Part shown: in pieces, positions 49,630 to 62,100 of the stretch | Position numbering within the stretch: position 1 is the stretch's first letter | How the letters are laid out: each line of letters begins with the position of its first letter | Assembly (NCBI RefSeq): GCF_009914755.1 | Contig: NC_060926.1 | Reading direction: 5' to 3' (one strand) | Origin: the human T2T-CHM13v2.0 reference genome, Homo sapiens | Length of the DNA: 64,000 nucleotides | The notes under the pieces: model-generated | Databases searched by the model: none | Told to the model about the DNA's origin: nothing | The model's input: only the letters and a program-made list of their open reading frames with translations | Translations under genes and position numbers: made by a program

Positions 49630-51580
49630 ATTTACCTTTAACAATTCTTCATCTTCTCCTTCCTTACTAATTACTGCAACCCAATTTCTGTCCCTACCAC
49701 TTCATAAAAACAACACTCGCAAATCTCATCAGTGACTTACTAATTGTTAAACTCAGCAACCCCACTTGAGTTTTGATTGTACTTGACTTTCTGTAGCATT
49801 TGCCACCGTTATGCTTATGGCCCTTCTTTGAAATTCTCACCTTCTATGACATTACACTCTGTTGCTTCCTCTCCTACTTCTGTAATTATTCTGTACTTTA
49901 TTTAATTTTATTCTGCTCCTTATTAGTTCCTTAATTGAAGGCATCTATACAAATTTTCTCTTGAGCTGTCTTAAGCATACTATTTTCCTGAGCGGCTCTA
50001 ACAATACTCAGTGATACAACTTGCACATTTCTAAGCAGAAGATTCACAAATATTCATCCTAGTCTCTCTCATAATTTTCTGCACTCAATTTCTAGTTTAT
50101 AAGCCAGAGAGCTACCCATCAATCTTTCTTGGGTAACTTAAACTCTGTATGTAAAATACTGATCACGTAACTGTTATCGCTACAACTTTCTCCCCATCCT
50201 GGGTTTCATATCTCACTTACATCATCTGCCAGAGAATGAACTCATCTCATCTGTGCATATAGGGTGGAAAGGTAATTCCCCAAATTTAAGAGCTATGTCT
50301 TTGGGAAAATTGTTAAAACTACCAGAATATTAGATTCATCATCAAAGAGGTAAATGTTAGTAATTATAATGTTCCCTAATGGTTGATGAGATTTATATAT
50401 ATGTAAATAACTCAGTAAGATGTGAAAAGATTTTTTAAAATAATCTTACTGGACACTGAGACTAGAAACCTTTGTGTAAGTTTATTTCTTTCTATTCTTA
50501 TAATTGCTTTCCCCCACAAAATGCCTTTATTAATAAGAGTATCAGAACCTACCAATTATTTTGCTGAATCATCTCTTATTTCACTCCCTTCTTTCAAGAA
50601 CCTCATCTTTTCTAAATTGGATTATGACAATAGCCCTCACTAGTCTCCTTGCCCTCTATCTCAATAGCATTTATTCGCTCCCATTGCCATCCTAATAATT
50701 TCCAAATTCGTGAATTCATTAACACTTAAGCCCAGGACTTCTACAATCAGGATCCCATCTCTCCTTCCAGCCTTATTCCTTACCACCAGCTCTATGCTCT
50801 AATCAATTCAAACAATATACTTCTGTCTCTCTTTCTTGCTTGCTTGCTTGCTTGGTTGCTCTATCACCCAGGCTGGAGTGCAGTGGCATGATCTCCGCTC
50901 ACTGAAACCTTTGCCTCCCAGGTTCAAGTGATTTTCATGTCTCAGCCTCCCGAGTAGCTGGAATTACCGGTGTGCACAAGTATTCCACTCAGCTATTTTT
51001 TTTCCTGTATTTTTAATTGAGATAGGGTTTTGCCATGTTGACCAGGCTGGTCTCGAACTCCTGACCTCAAGTAATCCGTCTGCCTTGGCCTTTCAAAGTG
51101 CTGAGATTACAGGCATGAGCCACCACACCCAGCCTCTTCTGTACCTTTACTCATATTTGTCTCTTTGTCTAAACACCTCTTGCTTCTTCCTTCTTTATGT
51201 ATTGAAACACTATAAAGTTCATCTCAAAAGCTTCTGCCACCATTAGAGATTTTCTGGTGACCTGTCATCCTATAAAGAATTCATTACATCCTAATTTTCT
51301 CTTCTACAACCATTGACTTTTATTTCTATGCTACCATTATATCATGCCTTCTTGTATCCATTCACTTATGCATTCATTCAGCAAAGACTTTCAGAGTGGA
51401 TCTACTATGTTGGCTTCTGTAAATTACCCCAGTGGCCCAAAGAGGTGCAACCTGTGTAGTTTTCTTTCTTATACTATTTAAGTTCCTGCAAGATATTTCT
51501 GAGTCCTTTCATCTCTACAGTTCAGCTCATTGTTTGCATAAAACAGATGGTTATCAGATGTTCGTTGACTGAATCAGGTC
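49630..51580 (+). mobile_element. Fragmented L2 with MIR and Alu insertions
   Basis: cttgactttctgtagcatttgccac, ggattatgacaatagccctc, 3' end tgttcgttgactgaat. Confidence 0.55.
50826..51134 (-). mobile_element. Alu (old S/Jb-like) with (CTTG)n tail
   Basis: Antisense Alu dimer; TSD CTTCTGT. Confidence 0.93.
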
Positions 51581-53030
51581 AGCATTTACAACACCCTCTG
51601 CAGAGTCCATCTCTAGAAATAAAGTGTTAGGTCAATGATACTGTCTCCAGAAGATTAGCTCGCTTATTTGTAATCAAATTCTCTCTGAACATCTGAGGTA
51701 CAAACTAGGTTTTCTTTTTTCAGGGAGTCCAAACTTTCTAAGTCTGTTTCTGCCATATTTATGAGAAAATATTGACTGAAAGAAAGCCTAAGTTCAGGCA
51801 TCTCCATAGAATTATTTCTTATCAGACCTGGAATTTTCAAAGTACTCCAGCCAATATTCACCTTGGGTATACACTGATTAAGCTTCTTTGGAAATAGTGA
51901 AATTATCTTGGGCTCTCCAGGGAGGGTGATAGCTCCAAATCCCCAGTCCTAGCTGAAGTTAGCTCTCACCTTTGAAATCTGGATGGCCAATAGTCTTGTC
52001 TTAAATATTGCTAAATCTTTTTAAGTAACATGAGCAAAAGGAATGGGAGAGTGGTGCTAGTGAAGTCAGGGAGTGAGGGCATAGAGGAGGTAGAGTCCAA
52101 GCAGAGGGCTTAGAATCCTTGTTCTAAGTCAGCAGACCCCAAAGAGAAAGGAGGTTTAGTGGCAATTTGTGTTTCACAGCCTGTAAATCATGTCTGCGCT
52201 CTACCAGGTCAAGATGTTTTCGAGATTTCTTTTAGTTTCATATTGCACATCACACTCACCTTTTCCATGCAAAGTGTTAGAAGGTTGATTATTTTTTTGT
52301 TAGTGAACATTTGCATATGTAAAAGTCCCTAAGGTTTTTTAAAATAAGCTTCCTGTATAGAAATTTTAAAAATATATTAAATCCCTATTCTGTTTCTGAA
52401 TTCATCAAATATGTAATTCCATATACTACTACAAATAATATATGACCTTGTAACTTTATAAGGAGACAATGAGAAAATGCTTTCAAAAATAATGATAGCC
52501 TTTCTTTTTCCAATCCAGGTGCTTGTTTCTTTTTAGTGGCAGTTAAAATTATTTAAATAACTGGATATTTTTTCTATGTGAAACTACTAATTGATTTGTG
52601 TGATTTTCAAATAGTTACTATTCTTTTACAAATGAAAGGGTTTATTTTTAATTAACATCAGAGAAATAATTATGACTCTATCATCTACAGAGGAAGGAAA
52701 CAATTGTATAGCCGCATAACAAATGCATTCATTAAAAGTATTTTGTGGAGGGGGGAGTTTTAACCTTGGAACAAGATTACCAGTTTTCAAATATGATGCA
52801 ATGAATATGACTTTTTACTTTTTTTAAGCAAAATTTTTATTTGGCAGTAAGGGAAAACCAGATTAATTTTTGTTAATTGCATGTGGTTATGAACATCTAT
52901 GATTAATCATTTCAAGTTTATTAAGATGAACACATTGGAATTATCTTTAAACAAATGTAATGATTTTTGTGAAAATATACTGTTCAGATAACCTAAAATC
53001 AAAGGACCAGCATAGGAAAAAAAGAAGAAA

Positions 53031-53138
53031 TGAGGGAAGGGAAAGGGAAAGGAAAAGGGAAAGGGAAAGGGAAATGGAAAGGAAAAGGGAAAGGAAGGGA
53101 AGGGAAGGGAAGGAGGGAAGGAAGGGAGAGGGAAAGAG
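53031..53138. repeat. Purine-rich (GGAAA/GGGAA)n simple repeat
   Basis: Direct observation. Confidence 0.92.
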
Positions 53139-53361
53139 GGCTGCTATTTAAGAATTTAGGAGTAATAAGAGGAATCCAAAGTAAAAACTTTGTAATAGCT
53201 CCTTGGGCAATATATTTTCCTGAATATAGATCTAAGGTTTGAACTATAAATTACAGAGTATTTGAACTGAGTGATATAAAGTCTGCTAAATGGTACCTGA
53301 TTCCCAAATATCTAGGCATCTGATACTAAAATTAGTTTCTTAAAATATTTGCATAAAATAA

Positions 53362-53595
53362 CAACGGTAGCTAATATTTATTAAGCACTTGTCATATGGC
53401 AAGCATTGTTTTAATTTCTTTATTTGTATCATCTTCTTTCAATCACTTAAGCACCCTATGAGATGGTTGATATTATTACCTCCATTTCACAGATAAGAAA
53501 ACTGAGGAAAATTAAGTAATTTGCACACATTTTGTACAGTTAGAAAATGGTAACTGGAGGTCTAATTCCCAAACTCACATCATTAACCATTATTT
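53362..53595 (-). mobile_element. MIR SINE
   Basis: GTAGCTAATATTTATTAAGCACTT ... CCATTTCACAGATAAGAAAACTGAGG..TTAAGTAATTTGC. Confidence 0.85.
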
Positions 53596-54514
53596 TAGTC
53601 CACATGAAAGTGAACATTTTATTCTGAAATGATCGTTAACTTTTTTTAATCTTAGAAGACCAAAGTTATACACCTCTCCTGCCACAGGGAGTCAAGGGAT
53701 GCTTGGAACAGACATAGCCATCTTCCCAAATACATATGGTCTCATTTTTCCGCCACTTTCTCTAAAATTGTTTAAATAGTCATCTTAATAAACTCCATGT
53801 CAGCATATGGCCTGGCCAATAGTTATTAAGGTATCATTTTGGACAAAAGCTTTGAGCTCGGGAAGATAAAATATTCCTGCTGTTACTTCTCCACTCTCCT
53901 ACCCTAACCAGCTACATTTCTGAAGTTCAGGTACATCCTCACCAATGCATTCATTTAAGTTCCAAATATTTAATCATTTACTCCAGGAAGACAAAACACG
54001 GAGGACCCTGAAGAGATGTGTTTTAGAAGCCTTGGTGCTGCCTATGGTCTAAGTGAAATTACTTTGGCTTCCAAGTTACTGAGCTCAGTGTAAAACGACA
54101 TGCAGATCCGAATGCTTCTTTGATATTTTTGATGTGAAAAGAAGCTCTCAGCATTGCTCCCTTTATGTTCACTCGTAATGCTGAAAAGATTTTGCAGATT
54201 TTATGGAATTCCCACTGAGAGAGATGAAATGCTCCCTTTAGACGGCCCACGTTTTAATGATTGAATAGGCACTCAGCACATTGTAGTTGCTCAATAAAGG
54301 CTTGTTGAAAGGAATTAAGTTTTATCAATGGCTTGATTCCAAGAAAAGCATCTGTTAGGATGATGCAAGTTCAAATTTGGATGCTCCTTGTGTGGCTTAT
54401 TTAGGCCAGGTGTTCAGTAAAGAGACTTTGAACTGAAATGTTAAAATAAAGAAAGGTGGAAGCATTTTAAAGGTAAATCAAGCATAGTGATACCTTACCT
54501 TTTTATCACAGTTG

Positions 54515-54690
54515 CCAGTTTTTTATCATCCTATGAGGCAGGCAGAAAATATTGTCTCAATTTGGCAGGTTAAGACAATTGAGACTAGGAGCAGCAGGAG
54601 TTGCATCTGCAAGATTAGTTGGTGCATGATAACACTGAGACCAGAGTGGAGGAGATTTAACTCCAGGCAACCACGCCACACTGCCACTCA
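54515..54690 (-). mobile_element. MIR fragment
   Basis: atcctatgaggcaggc...aattgagactagg...gatttaactccaggca. Confidence 0.5.
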
Positions 54691-55937
54691 AAAGAAAGCT
54701 CTCCTGAAACCAGACAGCATTGTTTCTGTGCCAGATCTATTTACTCTACCTCCACCCGAACTTTCCTTCCCACAAGACTTAATTACTCATTGCTAGTACC
54801 ATGCACATTCAACAGTCATGTGTATGGTATTCATTAAGAGAGAAAAATAACATAAAATAGCTCAGCTATGTATCTGCTTTCCCCCAGGAAGAGTGAAATG
54901 ACTCCCACAGACAGTGGTGGAGCCTTAGGGTGCAGATGATGGAGAGGAATGAGAAGGGAAGAGGAGGCGGGAAGGCTGGTCTCAGTGGGTGGGGCGGATA
55001 TTTACATGAGCTCCTCGCCTCACTCCATCAACTTTATGACTCACCAGTGCACAGCAATTACTCCTCCTTCTCTAATATTTCCCTTGGACAAGCTGTCTCA
55101 TTGTGCTGCTGATGTTCATAAGGTTTGGGGGAGATGAGTGTCCCTGAAGATTAGATATATTTTTGTTAGCAAGGAATCCATCTTGCATAATTCTTACAGT
55201 GCAAATTAAACATAACTTTGAGTATCATAGCTGATACTTTTATTGCTGTGTGGTGGCTGAACTGCTGTTAGAAACACTGAATTTAACATTGTTCATTGTT
55301 CTGAGCCATGCAGGTGCTCTGCAGCGTGTGAATAAATGCCTAAGTTGTTTGTGGTTCAGCAACGAAATAATCTCAGGCTCTGACCCAAAATATACACAAA
55401 CGTGAATTCTTTATTTTCCAAAATTTGTTTAGCTTTCATTTAGGAGATGAGGAGGGGAGGTATTAAAATGTGGGAATTTGGCTGCATGTGAAAATAAGGA
55501 ACATTGAAAATGAAGTTAAGCATCTTCTGAAACTCTCAAACCTGTTTTGGATATCCAAATAAATGCAGCAAAAATAATTTATTGATTTAGAGAATTCTGG
55601 AAGACTCCAGGTTGATGGAGCACATGTTAATTATTAGATCTTTGTCTTCATAAGACTTTATTGATAACAGAACATCTAAGACAAGTTTCCTCACTGTCAT
55701 TGGAGAAGACCCAAATTCTAGGAACTGGGCCTTATCCTCCAGAACTTAAAGAAAGATATCAGTGCTAAATAGCCACATTGAGTCTAGGAACACTTTAGTC
55801 ATTAACTTATTTTTGGCTCCCCTCTGTGTAACGGCAACAACAGTCTTTTTAAGGGAAAAACATATTTTTGTAGGTAAAATAACTATGTACTGAAAGTATT
55901 ATAATCATAAACTCCACATATCTGGGCTCTGAGTAAG

Positions 55938-56286
55938 TCTATTAGTCCATTTTCACACTGCTGATAAAGACGTACCTGAGACTAGGCAATTTACAAAAAA
56001 AGAGGTTTAACTGGACTCACAGTTCCATGTGGCTGGGGAGGCCTCACAATCATGGCAGAAGGCAAGGAGGAGCAAGTCACATCTTACATGGATGGCAGCT
56101 CACAAAGAGAGTTTGTGCACTAAAACTCCCCCTTATAATAACCACCAGATCTTGTGAGACTTACTATCAGGAGAAGAGCAGGGGAAAGACCTGCCCCCAT
56201 GATTCAATTACCTCCCACCAGGCCCCTCCCACAACACGTGGTAATTCAATATGAGGTTTGGGTGAGGACACAGCCAAACCTTATCA
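55938..56286 (-). mobile_element. THE1A/B MaLR solo LTR
   Basis: TATTAGTCCATTTTCACACTGCTGATAAAGAC ... GGACACAGCCAAACCTTATCA; perfect 5-bp TSD GTAAG. Confidence 0.93.
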
Positions 56287-56549
56287 GTAAGCAAGTAAAA
56301 CAGCATAGGATACTAAAAGGTAGTTAAGGTCAATGACTGGGGCTTAAAATGAACACCCATATTAGGCCAGCTTTGAATATCTTTTCAAAGAATAAGTGTC
56401 CGGAGGTGCTGTTTATCTGACCATCGAATTAGCCTAGATCACTCTGGTAACTGGTAACAAAGGAAAAAAATCACAGTGCAGCTACAGGGCTAGAGGGTGG
56501 AGGGGAGCCAGGGGAAAATAACCTGGCCAGACTGGAGAAAATAATACTG

Positions 56550-57520
56550 ATTCATTTTTCTTAGGAGTAAATACATGTTGAGCACCTATTAATACAAGGT
56601 GTAAGCCCAGGCACTTCAGCACTTTGACTTAGACGTGTGTATTACCTTCACTGGATATAATATGCACCTGTAAATACTCTTAATGAATGGCAGAAAGTAA
56701 TACATTGCGTAAAGGAGTGATAGCAAATGAGCTGTGTCAGCTGAAAGGAGTCTAAAATCACTCCAGAGATGACGAGCACGTGAGGCTTTTAAGCCAGAAT
56801 TAAAGAAATGTGGGGCATGGGGTGGTGTCGGCCATTTCAGACAAGAGGAATATTATTTTAATAAATGTATAATAACACAAACAATATTAACAAAAGCACA
56901 AAATTGAAGAAGTATAAAATTGGCATATGAAATGACTTAGCTGGCTAAAAGGATAGAGTAAGGATTCAGGGTGAAAATTATGTAAGAATAAGTTGTTTGG
57001 GGTTCTTTCTTTACATAACTGTTGAAGGTTTTATGTGTCTACTGATCAAACAAGTTATACAGGGGCTGTATTTAGGATTAATATGACAGTTGTGTATATG
57101 TAAGGTACATTGATAAGGAGACCTGTAGAGAGAACATTGCTGTAGTTTAAATAAGAAGTAACAGGGCAAAAGCTTGCTTGTCCCAGGCACAGCAGAGAGA
57201 CAATGATACCAGGAATTTGGGGTGAGTTCCCAGAGAGGCTAAAACATTAACAGAACTGGGAAATCAGAAAAAGGGGAAGCTTTGCAATGGAAAATGAATG
57301 AGCTCAGCTCCAGATAATGCCTTAGAGATCACGATTCAGATAATCTAACTCCAACAGGAGTTAGAAATCCAATCTTGAAACCCAGGAGAGAGACCAAGAT
57401 GGTAAATATAGATTCGAGAGTCATCCGCTGCCTAGATGCAATCACTGAAGCTGACAGATGAGATGAGAGTGTTAAGGGAATGATTGCAAAGGGAAAGAGG
57501 AAAGTCAAGGACAAAAGCCC
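56550..57520 (-). mobile_element. L2 fragment, diverged
   Basis: aaatacatgttgagcacctatt...; ttcagacaagaggaa; gatttcgagagtcatc-like L2 antisense motifs. Confidence 0.5.
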
Positions 57521-57879
57521 TAATGTCTTTCTTTTGGGAGTGAAAATCTTGGACTTCTAAATAGTCACTGCTTCACCAAGTGCATTTCTTTTCTTCCAAA
57601 ATATTGTAGGACTGTTTGCAATATTCTTAAGACAGAAGTTGCCAATATGTTACTTAGCAGTAGTTAACAAATTTCTCTAGAAAGTTGAGTTTCTAATGCA
57701 CCTCAAGTGTGTTGTGTGTAACAATGGTGAGAAGAATAATGATAGTAGTTGTCCATCTGTGTGTGTTGGGGGGGCAGGAATAGCCAGATTTTCTTTATCA
57801 TAAAAGAGCTAAATAGGGAAATGTATATAACTATTTCCACCATAATATTAGCGGTATTACTAAAGCTATTAATAGTTAC

Positions 57880-58065
57880 ATACTATACATGCCATTTACC
57901 CTTGCAACAATTATTTGAGGTGGGCACCGTTATCATCCACAGTTGATACACAAGGAAGTGAGTCTCAGTATAGTTCAACATCTCTCTCAGCATCACAAAA
58001 CTATTAAGCAGCTGAAAAAGATGCCAGTTACTGACTCTAAAACTGAGATATTAATCACTGTATTT
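57880..58065 (-). mobile_element. MIR fragment
   Basis: gaggtgggcaccgttatcatccacagttgatacacaaggaagtgagtctcag. Confidence 0.55.
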
Positions 58066-58159
58066 TTCTGCTTTGACGTTATTTCTGAATCAATGGTAAA
58101 TCAGTCTGCTAACCTATGCTATTATCATTATATACTTGTCCATTTATACTTTGCTTGAT

Positions 58160-58725
58160 TTAATTTAATTTTTGAATTTATATGCAGTAAAATGGTCTTT
58201 TTTTGGTATACAGTTCTATGATTTTTAACACAGGTATAAACTTCTGTAACATTTACCACAATCAGAATACACAACACATCCATCATCTCAAAAGCTCTCT
58301 GGTGCCATCCCTTTGCAGTTAAACCTTCCCCTTCCCATAGTCCCTGGAAACTGCTGATCTATTCTCCATCACTGTGTCTTTCTCTTTTCAAGAGTGTCTA
58401 ATCTAAATGGAATCATGCCATATGTAATCTTTTGAGACAGTCTTCTTTATCTCAGTACAATGTCTTTGAGATTCATCCAAGTTTTTGCAAATATCATTAG
58501 TTTTTTGAGTAGTTTTCCATTTTATTGATGTAATCCCTTCAGCTTATCCATTCACCAGTGGGTGAACATTTGTTTTTTGTTTTTTTTTTCTCCAGTTTTT
58601 AGCAATTATTAATAGAACTGCTATAAACATTCTCATCACACTTATTCTGTAAACATAAGTTTTCATTTCTCTAGGGTAAATACCCAGAAATGGAATTGAG
58701 TCATGTAGCAAATGTACTTATATCA
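58160..58725 (-). mobile_element. L1MC/MD-type 3' end
   Basis: ggtatacagttctatga, ccctggaaactgctgatct, ttgagattcatccaagtt, ctctagggtaaataccca. Confidence 0.8.
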
Positions 58726-58826
58726 TTTTTTTGAAAAAGCCATTTGAGGTAAGAGAAACCTGTTGTAACACCTACAGGAAGCCATCTTGGCTATCTGTGA
58801 AAAAACACTTCCAAAAACATGCCGTT

Positions 58827-59120
<294 letters not shown>

Positions 59121-62100
59121 TGCTGCCAGTAAAGCAAAGAGTTGTTTACTAATGTCAGGCTAGGACACACAGAATCCAGAAAGGCATCAGCAGAATCTCC
59201 AGACTTCTGTAGAAATCATGTAGAGCCTTCTTAATAGTCTACAGGAAATCAGTTGAGGCCCCAATATACTATGGCTTGTCACGTCATGAGTTTTTACGTG
59301 GCTGAGGCCAAACTAGGATCCTTAACTCCCAAACCATGGGAAAGAACTGTTATGGAAAGGCAAATGGAACTCTTCTCCCAGGAGAAGCCACAACCATAGT
59401 GGGAGTAGGGTTAACAATTACACGTTTTGAAGACAAAGAAATATATGCCCTGTTTTAGACTTTAAGGACTTTTTAATGGTGTACATGAGTATGCTTATCA
59501 AAAATTTCTCTATTTCAATGTTCCGAAGTTATAAACATGAATTTTAAGTTTTCTGTAAATATTTAAACATGAATGATATCCTTTTGTAAATATAACATCA
59601 TATAAAGAAGTTGTGAAGAGTTGGTTTTATTCTGGGCATTTTGAGGTCATCTGATGTAAAACAAATGTTTAATGCTAACCAAATAACCCACTATGTAAAT
59701 AACTATACCTCAAGTTATACTAAACAACATGAGGTATAATAGCTTATGAAGTCTATGTGTTTAAGAGCAATGTTCATTTGCTATAAATAGCGTAATTATT
59801 ATAACTTTTGCTTTCCCATTAGTTGAATTCCTCATGAAATGCTTTGTTTTAAGGTCTGCTGAGTTTGGCAGATAATAAAATAATAAAAATTCTAGTATTT
59901 TCCAACTGAAAAAGAGAAGCATAATGGAATTCAGTGGTCAACAAGGGCGTATTTAAAAATAGCATTGATTCCTACCTCAAATATAATGTCTGTGAGGAGG
60001 ACTGCTATCCAAGGAAGTGTGAATTTAGTGGAGGAGGCAGAAGCAGAAAAGGGTAAAAATGATGAGATCACTGTGCATCTGATGTAAAGATTATTGATAG
60101 AATTACACAGAAATCATGTGTGGCTAAGAAGACCACCACGGATTTGTGGTGGTCTGAGAATCTGCTATGTATTTTTGGCATGGATCAATGTCCAACTCTG
60201 TCTGTGTAGCTAGTGAGGACGCAGAAGCCAGCTCAGCTCCAGAGTAGTGACAGATGATGTTCTACATAGATCGTTTACTTCCTTTATAACCAATAAAATA
60301 TAGTTTGTTATTTTTTTAAATGAAGAAAATGATGAAAAGCACCAAGTTAGAGAAAAAAAAATACAGAAGTGATACTGGGTAAAAAATAGAGACTCCCAAC
60401 ATAGAGGAGAGGAAAAGGTGGTACTCACAGCACCAGATGGTACCCTGAAGATCCTGGTCCTCATCATTTCTCTGATGACAACTGTCAATCTTGATGTTTC
60501 TTAAGGGACTGGCTTTTTTTGCAGGATTGTTGATATTCATGTGCAATCTGTTGACTTAATGTTTAATGCTGTTTTATGGCAAATGGTACATGTTTTCAGT
60601 GGCTTGAGGGATCCCTCAGTGATTTCTTTTCCACTTTGTAAATCCCAGTGTCTTATTCAGGTCCCTGTGCCATTAGTCCACCGAAGACAATGTCCTGGAC
60701 ACTCTCATCACCCAGGAACCATCTTCCTGGTGACCCCGTCCACAACGAACGTGGACAGAGAGGATATGGAGAGACTCCTTTATTAATCTGTAATGGAACA
60801 TCAGCAGAATGAGACTAGGAGATGATAATACAGAGGAAGAAACAATTCAGGGCAGGGAAATGGAGGGGAAGCAAATTCAGAGTAAGGGCAGATGAGGCCA
60901 GGGCCGGAGATGAAGTTCGAGAGTGCTGGAGCTCTGGGTTCGTACTCCAGTGGCGCCATGCAAAAGCCAGTGGCTTCCCCAGTATTATCCCCCATGGTGG
61001 TGTTGGAAAACTTTCTTCATTTTGCATGGAGGCCAGGCTGTAATTGCGAAGTAGAGGCTGGAGTGAGTAGGGACTCAGGGAACACAGTGTGAAGACCAAA
61101 AGTCTTGGCCAACAGCAGAGACATGAAGAAGTGCTGTATACCCAAAGACAAATCTGAAGAGATCAGAGCAAAAATTAAATTTGGGATACCAGAGCAAGCA
61201 CTCATTAATATATATGTTAATAGCAAGTATTAGTATCAATACTGCTGTTAGTAATTATAATAGACTGATTGACTATCTGTGACTTCTTTTCCTACCTTGC
61301 CTTAATGATAACATTCTCTTTAAGCCAGATGTTCTGGGAGTGGATGCCTGGTTTTAATTCACTAGTTAACATTTGTTAATGTCGCTGGGTCAAGATACTA
61401 TACATGGGCTGGGAGAGCTAGGAGAAAGAAACTGTTGTGGAACAAATCACTTTCTACTCTCTGGAGACACTTGTGTCACAGAGCTCTAGGAGAAAGTATA
61501 GGTGCTTTTTGATTACCAAGCATTCAGACCAGGCATGCTAACTGGTTAACTATCTGTCATGTGAACCCCCCACCCCGGAATCTTCTCAAAGGTCTTATTT
61601 CTCATTGCTGGAGAGAGTTTACTCACCTTAAGAGATACACTGCTTCATTCACATTGCAAACACATGAAAACAATTGAAATGCCACATACAAATATGCGTC
61701 ACCATCCATTTATCCTGCAGACACATACCATTGTGAGTAGGGTAAGTACAAGTGTACTTACAGCAAGATGTAACCTTTGTGAGTGCTGTTTCATTTGAGG
61801 TAATTATGTTGTTCATCTTTAGAATTGAGCTGAATAAGAAAAGAGAGTTTTTAATCTATTACCCCTGAATTTCTCCTGATCCCCTTTCCATGAAGAAGCT
61901 GGACTCAAACTCCAACATTTCTGGAAGTCATCATTTAATTTTTTTTAAATTATGATATACCAATCATATTAAAGAACATCCTGATAATAAATTCTCAGTA
62001 TTCCTTAATTCCTGAAACACTAAGTATTCATTTTTTCATATTTCCTCATTATTATCCAAGGAAATGCATATTTTCCTAGTTACATTTCATATATTCTGCT

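Noticed and set aside
52960-53242. Arg/Glu- and Gly/Lys-rich ORFs
   Set aside because: Translation of the GGAAA/GGGAA simple repeat.
60926-60958. tRNA gene or retroviral primer-binding site
   Set aside because: Only GGTTCG and GGCGCCA resemble tRNA; there is no A box, cloverleaf or adjacent LTR, and human tRNA genes do not encode CCA.
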